Positions 25,001 through 37,371 of a stretch of 64,000 nucleotides of DNA are shown in pieces. Below the pieces are notes generated by a model. That model saw only the letters and a list, made by a program, of their open reading frames with translations. It was not told where the DNA came from and searched no databases. How positions within the stretch are numbered: the stretch's first letter is position 1; each line of letters opens with the position of its first letter. The position numbers were made by a program, and so were the translations under genes. The stretch lies in NCBI GenBank assembly GCA_030265395.1, contig JARFYF010000052.1:78378941-78442940 (forward strand), in the 5' to 3' direction. Source of the stretch: Rhina ancylostomus (taxonomy: Eukaryota).

Positions 25001-27390
25001 TTGTTTGGTTTTCAAACCATTTGCATTGGTTTAATTGGGGACTGCAGGAGAAGATCGAGTAGACCTTATTCCATGCAGATAGTAATGTAAGACTGTCTTA
25101 AATGACCATGTAAACCTTTTTTTAAAAAAACAAACCCAGGTACTTGGCAAATTTGGGTCAGTTACAGTTGGCAACACTTTCAGGCTCCAACTATGTCTGG
25201 CTTTCAAGAAGGTGAGAGTCATTTCAAGGGATAATTTTTGTATTGTGTTTTAAAGCGCACACTGGAGTGGTTCATAATTCTGGCCTGGAACCTGCTCAAA
25301 GTACCCTGTGCTTTATGGTCTGATTTGGCACCTCTGAACTGCAGTGCATCATGTGATGGATATTTGCTATCCAGGCCCAAGAGGCCTTTTGCTAAATTCA
25401 ATGTTTTAGCAAGTCACTGTCCAGGCTCTGGAAGCTTATTGCTAACATTTGCTTTTTAGCACAGCAGAAGAAACTGTCTAAGGTTCAAGATGTTTATTGT
25501 TAAATAAGTTGAATCTTTAACTAGTACTATTTACCCTTCCTCTTGAGAAACAATACTGTCCATGTTGACCTAATCGAAGGCTCCAGCCACCTGACCGGAT
25601 CAAAGCAGTTGTGAAAACATCACATGCAGATGAGGTGTTATGAGATGACTGGCAAAAAATATATAAATATTAGAAGGCAGTAAGAATGGGGAAGAATTGG
25701 AGATAAAGACAGAGTCCACTCCTCATCCCCAACCCAAGAAGGATTTCTTGCCAGAGCCTTCTTTCTGGGACAGACAACGTGTTTGTTTGCAACTCATTGG
25801 TATGTTCTTCTAGTCTGTAAGAATTGTACTTGTGCTTGGAAATCTTTTGCAGAATTATAATCTGTTAGAATTTATTCCTCAAATGTGCCCAATTAAAAAA
25901 AAATAATTATGTTTAGTCTGTTTTATTAGCTGGAAACAACTCCTCCTTGTTTGGAGGGTTGGGGGCAGGGGGACCCACTGCTCAAAATAGTGATTATTGA
26001 CAACTAAACACCTTCAGAAAAGATACTAAAGTAGTTAAGTAAATTAGTCTTTGCCCTATAGGTTGATATAGTATAATCTCCCTAAAGTGAGGGTACTGAT
26101 GGACACCTGTAACAAATAAGACTTAAGGCCTTAAGTTTACAACTTGAATGACTCCACTCAATATCATCACAATAAAGCAAATGATTTTGTTAATATTGTA
26201 TCTAGCAAGGAATATCTGCTTTGAACACCCAGTTGCCCCACCCCTGCAGTCCTTGCATCTGCATTGGCAAAAGTGTGGGGATGAGTGGAGAAATACCATG
26301 AGAACTGAATAAAATGATACATGTTGTAACATGGGAATACTTAAAATTAGAGGAAAAATGGGAAGTTCTTCAATAAAAGATTTTATGTTTGCTTGATTTA
26401 AGGGGTGAAGGCAGATTCTAATACAACAATTTCTCTGGCACCATTCCCAGAGAAGTGCATGCTCCTGTCCTCTAACAATTTTCAAGGCTCAATGGCAGAA
26501 GTCTTTCAGTTCATCTACAGGAACATGCTTGCACTTACACAGATCTCATCACATCAGGAGATCTCCAACCTAATAATGCCCCAGCCCCAGATTTCCTGCT
26601 TCTATCTCTTACCACAAACAGGACTGACCTGGTAGGCCCATTGTTTCTGCCTGCTCTTCCCCCACTGAAAATCTCCTCAAACCTTAACTCTATCCTGCCT
26701 CCTCTCGTCCAACTCCCTTCCCACCTACAGCCAGTACACCACACATGCTCACTGTTCTTCTCGGAGTAGATGGTCTTTGTTTGGCATGTAGTTGCAGGCT
26801 GCTCCTCAGTGGAGGCACAGTGTATCACTTCTGTTGGCCATTCATGTCTAAAGTTGCAGAAGTAACATTTTGTTGAAGTAACTGCAGCATGGATGTAGGG
26901 AATTTAACAGAGATCAGATCCACACATTGGAACTCTCCCTTTGCTACTGGACTCAACTTTCATACCTGGGTCTTTACGGCCGGTGTAAAGATAACTCTTG
27001 CACCTGTACGAACAACATTCATTATAATAGTTATCAACTTCCATTACAAAAGTACTTTTAGGTAATTTAGTTTTATATTGTCTTGCATATTTATGTTTTG
27101 AATTAATTAACAGTAGTTTCATACATCTTTATATATATATATCATTTATTTTGAGTATTTTTGACTGTTTCCAAATTTCTCTGATCAAGCTAGTTGGCAT
27201 AAATTCATCAGGGTGATCCTTGGGCAGGGCAATGGATCCCAGTTCATGTAGTCTAAATACTACGAGCGGCACACTCTTGTCAAAGGGTTGAGGTGATGAT
27301 GATGTTCACAGTTGGGAGCCACACAGTCAAAAATTTCAGTGTAACCAAGGTGACGATCACAACACACAGGCTGGGACCAGCACAAATTTA
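22060..27390 (-). pseudogene. EVE copy B2: L-like gene with an internal deletion near 24240
   Basis: 'YTKCTAPIYSRRYHILFLKLLL' (ORF 23637-23873), 'FQTEYID*GE', 'FTGISHDQVIQ' ~23225-23195; N-terminal frames at 26535-27122. Confidence 0.7.
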
Positions 27391-27391
27391 C

Positions 27392-28720
27392 CCGCTGTCC
27401 CACAATGATCCAGGATGCTTCCTCAACCATTCATTATATTAGTGACTTAAGGGAAATGACAGAGAACCATGCATTCACATTTTTCAGTGACACAAGGATT
27501 AGTGTGCAGCAAGTTGTAAGTGAGATCATACAGTGCAAATTTATTGATTGGGTTAAATTGTGGAAGATAAATGTAAAATATGCAATTATGAAGGCATTCA
27601 AATTGGCCCAGAGAAAAGGGATAACATGTTGAGAAAACTAGAAGTGGTCTTCTCAAGATCTTCAGGGGTTCATTCAAACAAAAATGTAGCAGACACATAA
27701 ATTAATCAAAAATCCCAGCAAAATGCTTGTCTTTAAGTGACAGTTTAGTGCATAAAAGATTAGGCAGATGGCTTACATCAGTGTAGTGGGGAGGATCTCA
27801 AACAACGATAAGATGCAGTACAGGAAGGAGATGAGCATAGGAGCATGGCGTCAAGACAACAATCTTTCACTGAATGTCAGCAAAACAAGAGATGGTCATT
27901 GACTTCAGGAAGCAGAACAGAGTACATCTTTTGGGCCAACTTTAATGTCTTCATAGTTGTATTCATTAAATTTATCTTCCACAATTTTACCTGTCTGTAT
28001 CAATGGTGCTGAGATGGAGAAGGTTGAGAGCTTCAAGTTCCTAGGTGTAAATATCACCAATAACTTGGTCTGATCTAGCCATGCAGATGCAATAACCAGG
28101 AAAGCACAGCCACACCTTTACTTCCTTGAAAGACTAAGGAACCCTAACCCTAACCCACTGAACCTCCTCAATTTTTACAGATGCACCATGAGAAGCATCC
28201 TGTCTGGATGCATACAGCTTGGTATGGTAACTGATCTGCCCAAGATATTAAGAAATTGCAGAGAGTTGTGAACATAGCCCTTTCTATCACGAAAACCACC
28301 ATCCCCTCCCTTGACAATTCCCACTGCCTCGAAAAAGCAGCCAACATAATAAAAATCACCTCCCAACCCAGTCATTCTCTCTTCTATCCCTTCCGTTGGG
28401 CAGAAGATACAAAAGCTTAAGAACATGTACCACCAGGCTGAAGCACAGCTTCCATCCCTGTTATAAGACTCCAGAATGGACCTCCTGAATGATGAAACTG
28501 AACTGTTGATCTCTCAATCTACCTTGTCATAGCCCTTGCACCTTAATTGTCTGTCTGCAATGCACATTTTCAGTAACTGTAACACTATATTCTACATTCT
28601 GTTACATTTTTCTGTTTGTACTATCTCAATGTACTTATGTTAGGAATTATTTGTTTCAATTGCATGCAAACAAAGCAGTTCACTGTATCTTGGTGTATGC
28701 GACAATAATAAATCAGTTAC
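27392..28720 (+). mobile_element. Decayed CR1 RT fragment followed by a nested Rex1/Babar-like LINE (from ~27770)
   Basis: 'FFSDTRI....WVKLWKI' (CR1-like), then 'ttcaagttcctaggtgtaaatatcacc' and 'ttttacagatgcacc'; same arrangement as 13255-14360. Confidence 0.75.
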
Positions 28721-29183
28721 CAATGAGATAAAATCCTAGTTGGGGCATATTTGAAATACTGTGTAAGGGCCACTTTACTAGACGGTCTTCAGTGGTGATT
28801 CTGGCAGGAGCCAACATCTCTGTTCTTTTTATTCATTCATGGGGGATGTGGCAATAACTGGCATTGCCTGCATTTATTATCCATCCCTGATTGTCCAAGA
28901 TCTGAGGAATCTGTTAAAGAGAATCACGACATTGGCAAAAAGCGATACAAGCTGGGGCTGTCCTTGAGAGTTACTTAAAAGACATAACGTTCCTGAAAGC
29001 AGCACATGTATATTTTAATGTTTAGTTGAATTGGGGGCAGGGAAAACAATTTAGTGGAAATAGTATAAAATGTCTTACCTGGACACTCAATGTTATAGGT
29101 TGTTCAGGTGCTTCTTGGGATTAAAAATAAACTTTGCTAAACTTAACCTTCCAGCCTCTCTGAAGCGTTACCCTGCCGTGGAG

Positions 29184-29325
29184 ATGGAGGGTCGCGTGTT
29201 GCTGCTACTTTTCACCCTGCGCTGTCTGCTCGCTGCTGCGGGGGCTGCTGATGTGACTGAGCCGCTGGGGGAGAGCCGCTCCGCCGCCACCCTGGGGGAA
29301 GAGCGACAGCATGTGCAACGTGCAG
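29184..29325 (+). CDS. Putative first coding exon of an unidentified secreted/membrane protein (signal peptide), copy C
   Basis: MEGRVLLLLFTLRCLLAAAGAADVTEPLGESRSAATLGEERQHVQRA; GAGATGG Kozak context; phase-1 donor CAG|GTGAG; acceptor-like 'cttaaccttccag' ~29153 and TATAAAA ~29064 upstream; GC/CpG-rich; no downstream exon identified. Confidence 0.5.
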
Positions 29326-31439
29326 GTGAGCGGAGGGCAGAGGGTGTCCCGGACACGGACTGGGCGGCAGCTGGGGAATGCCGCAGGGTGTGCGGGATCT
29401 GAGGCAGGAGATGTGCTCACTGGTCTGCTTTCAGTTTTCCAAGTTGAGGGGTGGGAGGGAAGGTGAAACTTGTATAACATTTGACCTCACCTTGCCCACC
29501 TGTCTATATTTCGCCCTTTGTTCCATGTGGTTGATCTGTGCATGAATACAGACTTGTTGCAAATAAGGGCAGGATGGTCGAATCAGACTTGCTTGATGAC
29601 TGGGGTTTATCTCATTAACAGTGTTACTCCACAACAAAAGCCCCAACTATTAGAAGTATTTGCATATTTTGGTGTGCACCACTTCTAATGATGCTGACAT
29701 CCTCATTGATATGCAACAACACAGTCTTATTTTGTAATGCTCTGTGTATCAAAACTTATCAAATGACATCAGTGCATGTGTCATTTTTTTTGGTCCTTTT
29801 CAACCTATTCTGTGGGTCATCTACTTCAGTGCCATTTTCCTGTTCTATCCTTGTATCCTGTGCTGCAGAGAGAATATTGATTGAATTCAATGGCTGATAC
29901 TCCACTTGGAAAAATGTCAAAGTTTTGGCACTGAGAAGAATTTTTCTTATCTTTGTCTTAAATGGCCTGCTCTTGGTTCTAGAATTTCTGTCCAAGCAAA
30001 ACATCCTCCCAACATCTAACCTGTTGAGCACTATCAGAAGTTTCATTGAGACCTCTCCACATTCTTAACTCTTGAATATAGGCTGATTGTATTTAATCTT
30101 TGTATGGCAAACCTACCATCCCTGGAAGCACTCTGGTGAATCTTTTCTGCATTTTGTATGGCAAGTCTATTTCTCTTTTTGTAAGGTGACTAAAGCTCCA
30201 CACAACATTCTGAGTGCTCTCTCACCAAGCTTCCCCACACCACATAATTGCAGTAAGTCATCTTTATTTGTGATTTGGGTACGAGGATATCTAGGTTCTT
30301 TGGAATATTAGCCAATTCCTCCACTTAAAAATCATCTGATTTTATGAGCCAGATTGGATAACTGCACATTTTTCTACATTATATTGTATCTGTATTGTTC
30401 TTGTTAATCACTTNNNNNNNNNNNNNNNNNNNNNNNNNNNNNNNNNNNNNNNNNNNNNNNNNNNNNNNNNNNNNNNNNNNNNNNNNNNNNNNNNNNNNNN
30501 NNNNNNNNNNNNNTAATCACTTGCTTCACTTGTCCATATACCCTTGAAGCCTCTACATTCCCGACTCTCAATCCCACTGAGTTTTGTATCAATAAATCTG
30601 GAAAAAAAACACTTGGTCACTTAGCTAAATCATTAATGCAGATTGATAGCTGCCTCACCCTCTCTTTTCTCCTCCACCAGGCACAGCCTTTTGTTCTGAG
30701 ATTTATCATCATTTTGCATTGTCTCAGCCACTTAATCCATGTCAGTATATTGTCTTCAAATGTGCACTCAAATCAATGTCAACTGGCCTCCTCTGCAGGC
30801 CCTTGATGATGGTCTTCTGAAAATACTGCCTCCCCTTCATCTCTTCTATTAGTCTTATCATGGGCCTTTGAGATTTGCTGTTTAACTTTGCTGTCTCTTC
30901 CAGTTTTTAACTAATTTAATTCCTTCAGTTCCTTGTTCTAATTAGACTCTCAGTTCTCTGGTAATTTACCCACATTTGCCCTTGTCTTTTCCTTCATATA
31001 GTAATGAGAGCTGAGTCTTTTGTCTCTTGCCAGTTTATTCTTGTATTCTATCTTGTTTTTTTATCCATACTTTAGTCCTGGGCCAAAATGCTCCCAGTCC
31101 TTGGCAACCTTAATAATCTCTCCCTTGGACTTATTACCATCTTTAATTGCTCCTGTAAGTTGTGTATGGACTATATTTTATGTTGAGTCTGTACCTAAGG
31201 AATACTTTGCTGCAAATTGATCTCTGATTGCTCACTATTGCCTCGCCATTGTCATACCTTCTGGTATTACAGCCAACTTTCCCTCAATCTTTGTCATTCT
31301 GAATTGAACTACATCACTTAAGACATTAGTGTAAAATTCTATCAATTATAGTCAATAAAATGATTTGGTAAGGATTATTGCAAATAGTGGGTTGATATTT
31401 TGCATGAGCTTGGTAGGTTGAAGGCCTGTTTCAGTATCT

Positions 31440-34400
31440 CTGAAGGTCTCCCTATAATAAGGCTATCATTTAATCCTTGCCACAAGATCTTGAATGACTT
31501 TTCTTCACGTTGATACATTGTCTTGCTTCTGTTACTGTCAGTTTGTCCTGTCCAGTTGGGTTCAACTTCTTGCCATCGAGCTTACCGTATTGTCCCTATT
31601 CCCTGCTGATTTATACATTAGAGCTCAAACAAATATTCTGGATTTTTATAATAGAAGATTAAGCCATTTTAAAGATGTTTTTCTGTCACTGAATACTCTA
31701 GTTCAATAATTGAGAACTCTTCTGCTTCCAACAGTCAAAATAAATGCCTGTCTGAACTATGTACCAGATGTGGGATGTGATACTTTTGCATGTCTAGAAA
31801 ACACAAGCTGTGCTCTACATAACTTGTATGAACTCTGCAGAAACTTTCTTCAGAATGCAGGCAATTTTGATGTACAGGTAAGATTGAAGACATTGTTATT
31901 AGCTTCTCCAATGAGGTCAGTTGTTTTAATTGACTTGCATTAAACAGAATGTTGCATAGCCACTCCTTTGACCGGAAAACTGAATTAATGGGTTTTGTGG
32001 TCATGATGAATTCCTTTCCCACAAGTGAACTATGGAATGCATGCAAGAATCGAGTACTAATTTTAAAACTGAGGTGTAGTAAATTGACTAAATGAAGGAA
32101 ACTGGTAACTCCTTCCCTGTCCAGAGTTGCTGTTGCAAATTATAGTGGAGAAAGCATTAGGACGTGTTCAATTTATTGAAAAATAGTGCTTTGCATTGGT
32201 ACAACCTGCATCTTCCATTCCAAAGTCTCTGGATAATTATAATTAAAGCTACAAGAAACCTTCATTATTTAGGCAAGTTTTCTGCAGCTTTGTCTTAAAC
32301 TGGGTGCCTTTGGGAATAGAAGACATAACATTGCTGTGGCTTTTCAACCTGCAAGAAGGGCCAATTAGTGTTTGCACTTCAGGCCTGTATCTCTACTATG
32401 GATTAACCTGGTCTGCTAAGTGGACATTAGTTTTCAGTCAATTTATAGAAATTGAGTGGCTGATTTTTATATCCTCAGAAGCAAATGCTTCTCTAGATTT
32501 TGCAATCTGAGCCCATTGTTTTCTGGCTCCTGTTGTCAGGTGCCATTCAAAGAAATCCCTCATGACTCCCAAACTACCATGTTGTTGCTATAACCCCCTG
32601 ATTCAGTTAACTATGATTAGCTTTTTAATCTGCATTCCTTTGTCAGCTGAAATGCTTTTAAAAGAAAAATTCTGTCTTGCACTATTTGACCACATTGGTC
32701 TCGCAGTACCTGAATGTTTAGCTCTCTTATCAAGTTGCAAATCCTGGAAATAACCACTGCTGGGAACACTCAACAGGTGGTGAAGCATTGGTGGAAAGAA
32801 TTAGTGCTCTGAGTATTTCCAACACTTTTTAATTAATTCTTGCCCTTGGTCTGGTCCTTTACCTGTGATCCGTGCCTCACCAATGCCTATTTGGTTCTCT
32901 TGCACAAGCATCTTTGGTGTCTATGCCTTATTTGGGAATTTTCTCCCTGACCTAAGTATTCTACTTGAAAGCTTTCAAGCATTGCCTGAGCTTTAATTAT
33001 TTAATCCTAATTGATGGATAGTTCCATAAGTGTTCTTAAACACTGACACGTGGAAGGAGCCAGGATAGACAAATGAAGTGAATTTGTGAAGACTTTGCAT
33101 TTCTGGGGAAACTTGTGGGTATAATTTATAAAAAGCTGATCTGAAATGTTTACAACAGTGAAGTCACCAAGTGACACGCCACTGATTTTTGTCAGTAACA
33201 CTGCTTCAGTCATGGTCAGGAGCAGTTTGATGAACAAGCAGCAGTATCTTCAGCTGTAAATTGGCTGTGGCTTTGTGCATTGTGCTGACTTTTCAATCTT
33301 GATCAGTAATTGTAGCAAATGCTACCAGGTCCTCCAGAGGCAATGGTTTAATTTCCAACCAGATCTGCTGTTGGGCATGGTTTGTCAATGGTTACTTTCT
33401 AGATGGTAGATTGCAGCTGACTCTGAATTGGACTTGTTGTTCTCAAAATGCGTCATGGGATTTTGGCTTTTCAAATTTGATTTATCAAACCCTCAGTTTT
33501 CATGTAACCCGCTTACAGTATTTGGAATAGTAACCATCTAATTTATTAAAGCCATTTCAGCTAGATAAAGTCTTGCCCACGTGTAACATCAAACAATTTG
33601 TCCATCGACAGCTATAAAATAACCAGTCAGTTTTAAATATTGAATTCTTCTCGATTATTTTCTGTGCCCATGTAAAGTAAAAGTGACACACATGCACGTG
33701 ATCATAGGATTTTTGGTTGGGTCAGTTTTGAGCACTTTATCACAAGCTCAGCTTGGTTGATATTTGAAGACTGTTAGAATGTGCTGCTGCTGCTCTTCAC
33801 ACCTGAGTATAAAGTAGTAACTGACCAAGAGGAAGTGAGAATGCCTTGGCTTGTGTACTTTGTCCCCTTCCAGGGAAAACGATTTATCAAAGATTTACTG
33901 AAGTGCAGTGCCACTGGGATTAAGTCCGGATTCAGCTGCAGTGTTACCAGATGTGCTGCAATGCAAGGGATCCTTTCTAATGTGCAAGCAAAATGTTACC
34001 AGCAACATAACATCTGTGCTGCAGCAAACAGCAATATTGATGCTTTTGTAAAGATTATTGATATTAAAGAAATGCTCTTAAATAGGTGAGTAAATATTTA
34101 TTTTATTGCATGCATTCACTGCTTTAAATCGCCCAAGCACTATATCAGTTTCTTGGAATTGTACTATTGTCCGGAAATTGCTTTATACTGTCCTACATCA
34201 TTTGATAGGATGGTTTCTTTTGAGGGCTGGGGGAAAACATTTTTAGGAAGTGTGTTTACAGGTAACACTAGATATTTCCACTTGAATTTTAATACCTTGG
34301 CTATTGTATGAAAGAAGCAGTTTCAGATGCACTTTGACCACTAAGTTGCTTGCTTACTGGCCTCCTAAACTGTAATGTGAAATTTAAGTGGGAGTTCTTG

Positions 34401-37205
34401 AATTCTTGGGCAACTTATGACAACAATTTCACTTGCAAATCTTCAGACATAATAATTGACCAGCATTTCAGATCTAAGCTCTGCAGTCCCACCTTATTTT
34501 GGTGGGTCTATATACCATAGTTGAGAACTTTGATCAAACAATCCCAGGTGAAATTTGAAATACAGCCCTAGGAACTTCAATTCTTGAAATTCTGGTGAGT
34601 AACATTTCCAATACACCAGGATCCTTGTAGACTATGCAATGCCCAACTCTGTCCCAGCTTGGTTTAACTGAAGCCTCATTGGCTTCATACAGTCCATTAA
34701 CAATTTCAGCTGAACAAACTTCCTAACACCTCAGGGAAGGACTGTGTACAGAGCTTTGAAGTAATAAAAATGTTGTCCATGACCACTGTACTTGGGGCCA
34801 AGTTACTGCCAAGGACCACCACGTGGAATTTCTGTCCACCCTTCCTACCCCCATACTGGGCTCCTGGTGCCTACTTTCGAAGCCAAACAAATGTGGACAA
34901 TGTGGCTAATTTGAACTTGCCTTGAGACATATGGGAGTTCTGAATGTTGATCTCAGATATGGATAAGACTTCACTGTCGGATGTGTTTCAAAGTCGGTTA
35001 ATAAATTATCCTACATGGTTCAACTTAACCATTGCACCTGCCAGCAATTGCCTGGTCCAAATGTAACAATACATAATTCCTGTATTTAACAGGGCATACT
35101 TGGAATATGTGAAGGTCCTGTTTGACTGTGGTAATAAAATTACTGATGCCATAAGAAGTCGTCTACAATCACGACTTGGTTCATCTTTTAGCATTTTGAG
35201 GCCATTATTGCAAGATTCTTGTATCATAACTGAGAAAACAACACCACCATCTACTTCTGAAGGAATTGACCCAAGAGATGGCAATACGACTCATGATCAC
35301 TATTGGAAATGAGAAAACTAATGAGCTGGATATAATTTTAAATATACCATGTCATTACTGTATTATTGCATTTGACTTCCATTTACCATTTTGGTGTTAG
35401 TAATTTGAAGTCATTCTCACCTGCATGATCAAAACTTATGAAATTAGTATTAGTACTAATCCTCATTTCAAATATCACTAATCTCCCAGGCTAGGAAGTT
35501 TTGGTTACTATTATAAAAATGTACCTTGAACACTGATTACATTATTTTCAGATTGATTGTAAGAACTGGAAAAGATGTTGTACAAGTGTTTGCTCATACA
35601 ACTTTAGTCTATTAAACTTGATGTATTGGTTCCTTTTCAATTTGGTGTTGTTTTCAAACCATTCAAACTTGTTTAATCAGGGATTGTAGGAGTAGATTGG
35701 GAAGTAACCTTATTCCAAGAAGATTGTGATGGAGAAACTGCCTTAAATGATAATATAAATTAAAACATCCCATGCCACTGGCAAATTTGGGTTGTTTTCA
35801 GTTATCTACATTTTTGGCCCCCAACTGTGCCTGGTCTGCAAGAAGGGATGCTTCTTTTTAAAAAGCACACCCTAAAGTGGTTCATAAATCTGGCCAGGAA
35901 CCTGCTCCTTTGCTTAATGTTCTGATTTGGCACTAATAAGTTGCAATGCACGGAGGGAGTGACACATTTTATATTGTCCTAATACCAATGAGTACTGGCA
36001 AGGAATATGTAATTTGACCACTCAGTTTCCCCCTCTCCTGCTCATCCTGCAGTCCTTGCATCTGCACTGCAAAGTTATTTGGTGGGGGGGGGGGGTGGAG
36101 AGGAATCCCATGAAAATTAAAATTAATTAATGTTGTAATATGGGAATACTTACAGTTAAAAAGAAAAGCAAGCACTTCAATAAAAGATTTTACATGTTGA
36201 TTCATCAATTTAAGGGACTGAACACAGTTTCTAATACCGCAAAATTCTTTCTGGCACTGGTTCCAGGGAAGTGCCGGCTCCTGTGCTGTAACAATTCACA
36301 ATCCTCAATGCTCACAAATTGGCATTTGTTCTACATAAAGAGTTTGGCAGTTATCCAGATCTCATCAGACCTCCAACCTGATAGAAGCAAGAAGTGCAGT
36401 GCTGGGGCACTCTCTAATGCAGGATCCACAAACAAGTCTTTGTTCTTAGGCCCATTGTTTCTGCCTGCTCTTGCACCACTGAACTTATCTCCTCACACCT
36501 TGACAGCATCCTGCCTTCCCTTGTCCAATCCTTCCCATCTACAGCCAGTACACCTCACATGCTAACAGTTCTTGTTGGAGTACTTGGTCTTTGTTTGTCA
36601 TGTGGTTGCAGGCTGCTCCTCAAAGGAGGCAGAGTGTATCATTTCTGTTTGCCATTCATGTCTAATGTTGTAAATTTAACATTTTGTGCAAGTAGCAGCA
36701 GCATGGATGTCAGGAATGTAATAGAGATCAGATCCACACATTTGAGCTCTCTCCCTGCCCTTGGACTTAACAATACCTGGGTCTTTATCTTTATGCCAGC
36801 CATGAATCTTTCACCTGTAGGAACTACATTCATTATAACATTTATCAGCTTCTATTTCAAGAGTGCATTCATGGATTTCAGTTTTATATTTCATTGCATA
36901 TTTATACTTTAACAGCAGTTTCATGTGTCTTTAAATAAATGAATCACTTTATTTTGTTGATTTTTTTCCCCAAAAATTCTCTCATCAAGTTAGTTGATAG
37001 AACAAGCTGACAAAGTTCAGTTGGGTAATCCTTGGGCAGGGCATTAGTTTCCACCTTGTGTGATCTAATTACTGCTAGCAGTGCACTCTACCTTGTGGAG
37101 TGGCTGTGGAAGTGATGATGTTCATAGTTAGGTGCCACACAGTCACAATATTCAGTGCAACCAAGGTGGTAATCACAACACACAGACTAGGATCAGCACA
37201 ATTTT
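31440..37205 (-). pseudogene. EVE copy C: most contiguous decayed bunyavirus-class L gene
   Basis: Candidate ATG at 37125; 'KMLKDEPSRDCRRLLMASV' (ORF 35006-35284); 'KSAQCTKPQPIYS' ~33293-33253; 'FQVEYLGQGE' 32970-32941; 'KSISADKGMQI' ~32660-32628. Confidence 0.72.
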
Positions 37206-37206
37206 A

Positions 37207-37370
37207 CCCACTGTCCCACAACAATCTAGAATGGTGGGTCAACTATTCATTATATTAGAGAATTAAAGGACACAATACCAAACCATATACGTATTCAAAT
37301 TTTCAAGTGACTTAAGGATTGGTGAGAGCAAGTTGTGTAAGTGAGATCATGAAGCACAAAGAGCATCCAC
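37207..37370 (+). mobile_element. Decayed CR1 RT fragment abutting the EVE 5' end
   Basis: 'ctgtcccacaa...ggtcaactattcattatattag...agtgacttaaggattggtg', homologous to 13255 and 27392. Confidence 0.55.
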
Positions 37371-37371
37371 A

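Larger units (their letters stand above)
14370..28720. repeat. Segmental duplication unit B (with internal re-duplication of the EVE)
   Basis: Homologous block order to units A and C. Confidence 0.8.
28740..37370. repeat. Segmental duplication unit C
   Basis: Homologous block order to units A and B. Confidence 0.85.

Noticed and set aside
25095-25140. 'FLKKGLHG' resembling hantavirus L 'FEKGLHG'
   Set aside because: Wrong position relative to the motif G-like site, overlaps a homopolymer run, and is not conserved in copies C and D
32455-32480. 'IKIS' resembling hantavirus motif D
   Set aside because: The matching spacing from SDD holds only in copies lacking the ~300-bp A/D segment; likely coincidental
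33781-34089. Plus-strand 'MQGIL' resembling phenuivirus motif B
   Set aside because: Opposite strand to all other motifs and not conserved in copies A and B1
37180-37205. Minus-strand GATCCTAG resembling the arenavirus terminal sequence at the EVE 5' edge
   Set aside because: An 8-nt match in one copy only (A and B2 differ); suggestive position but insufficient
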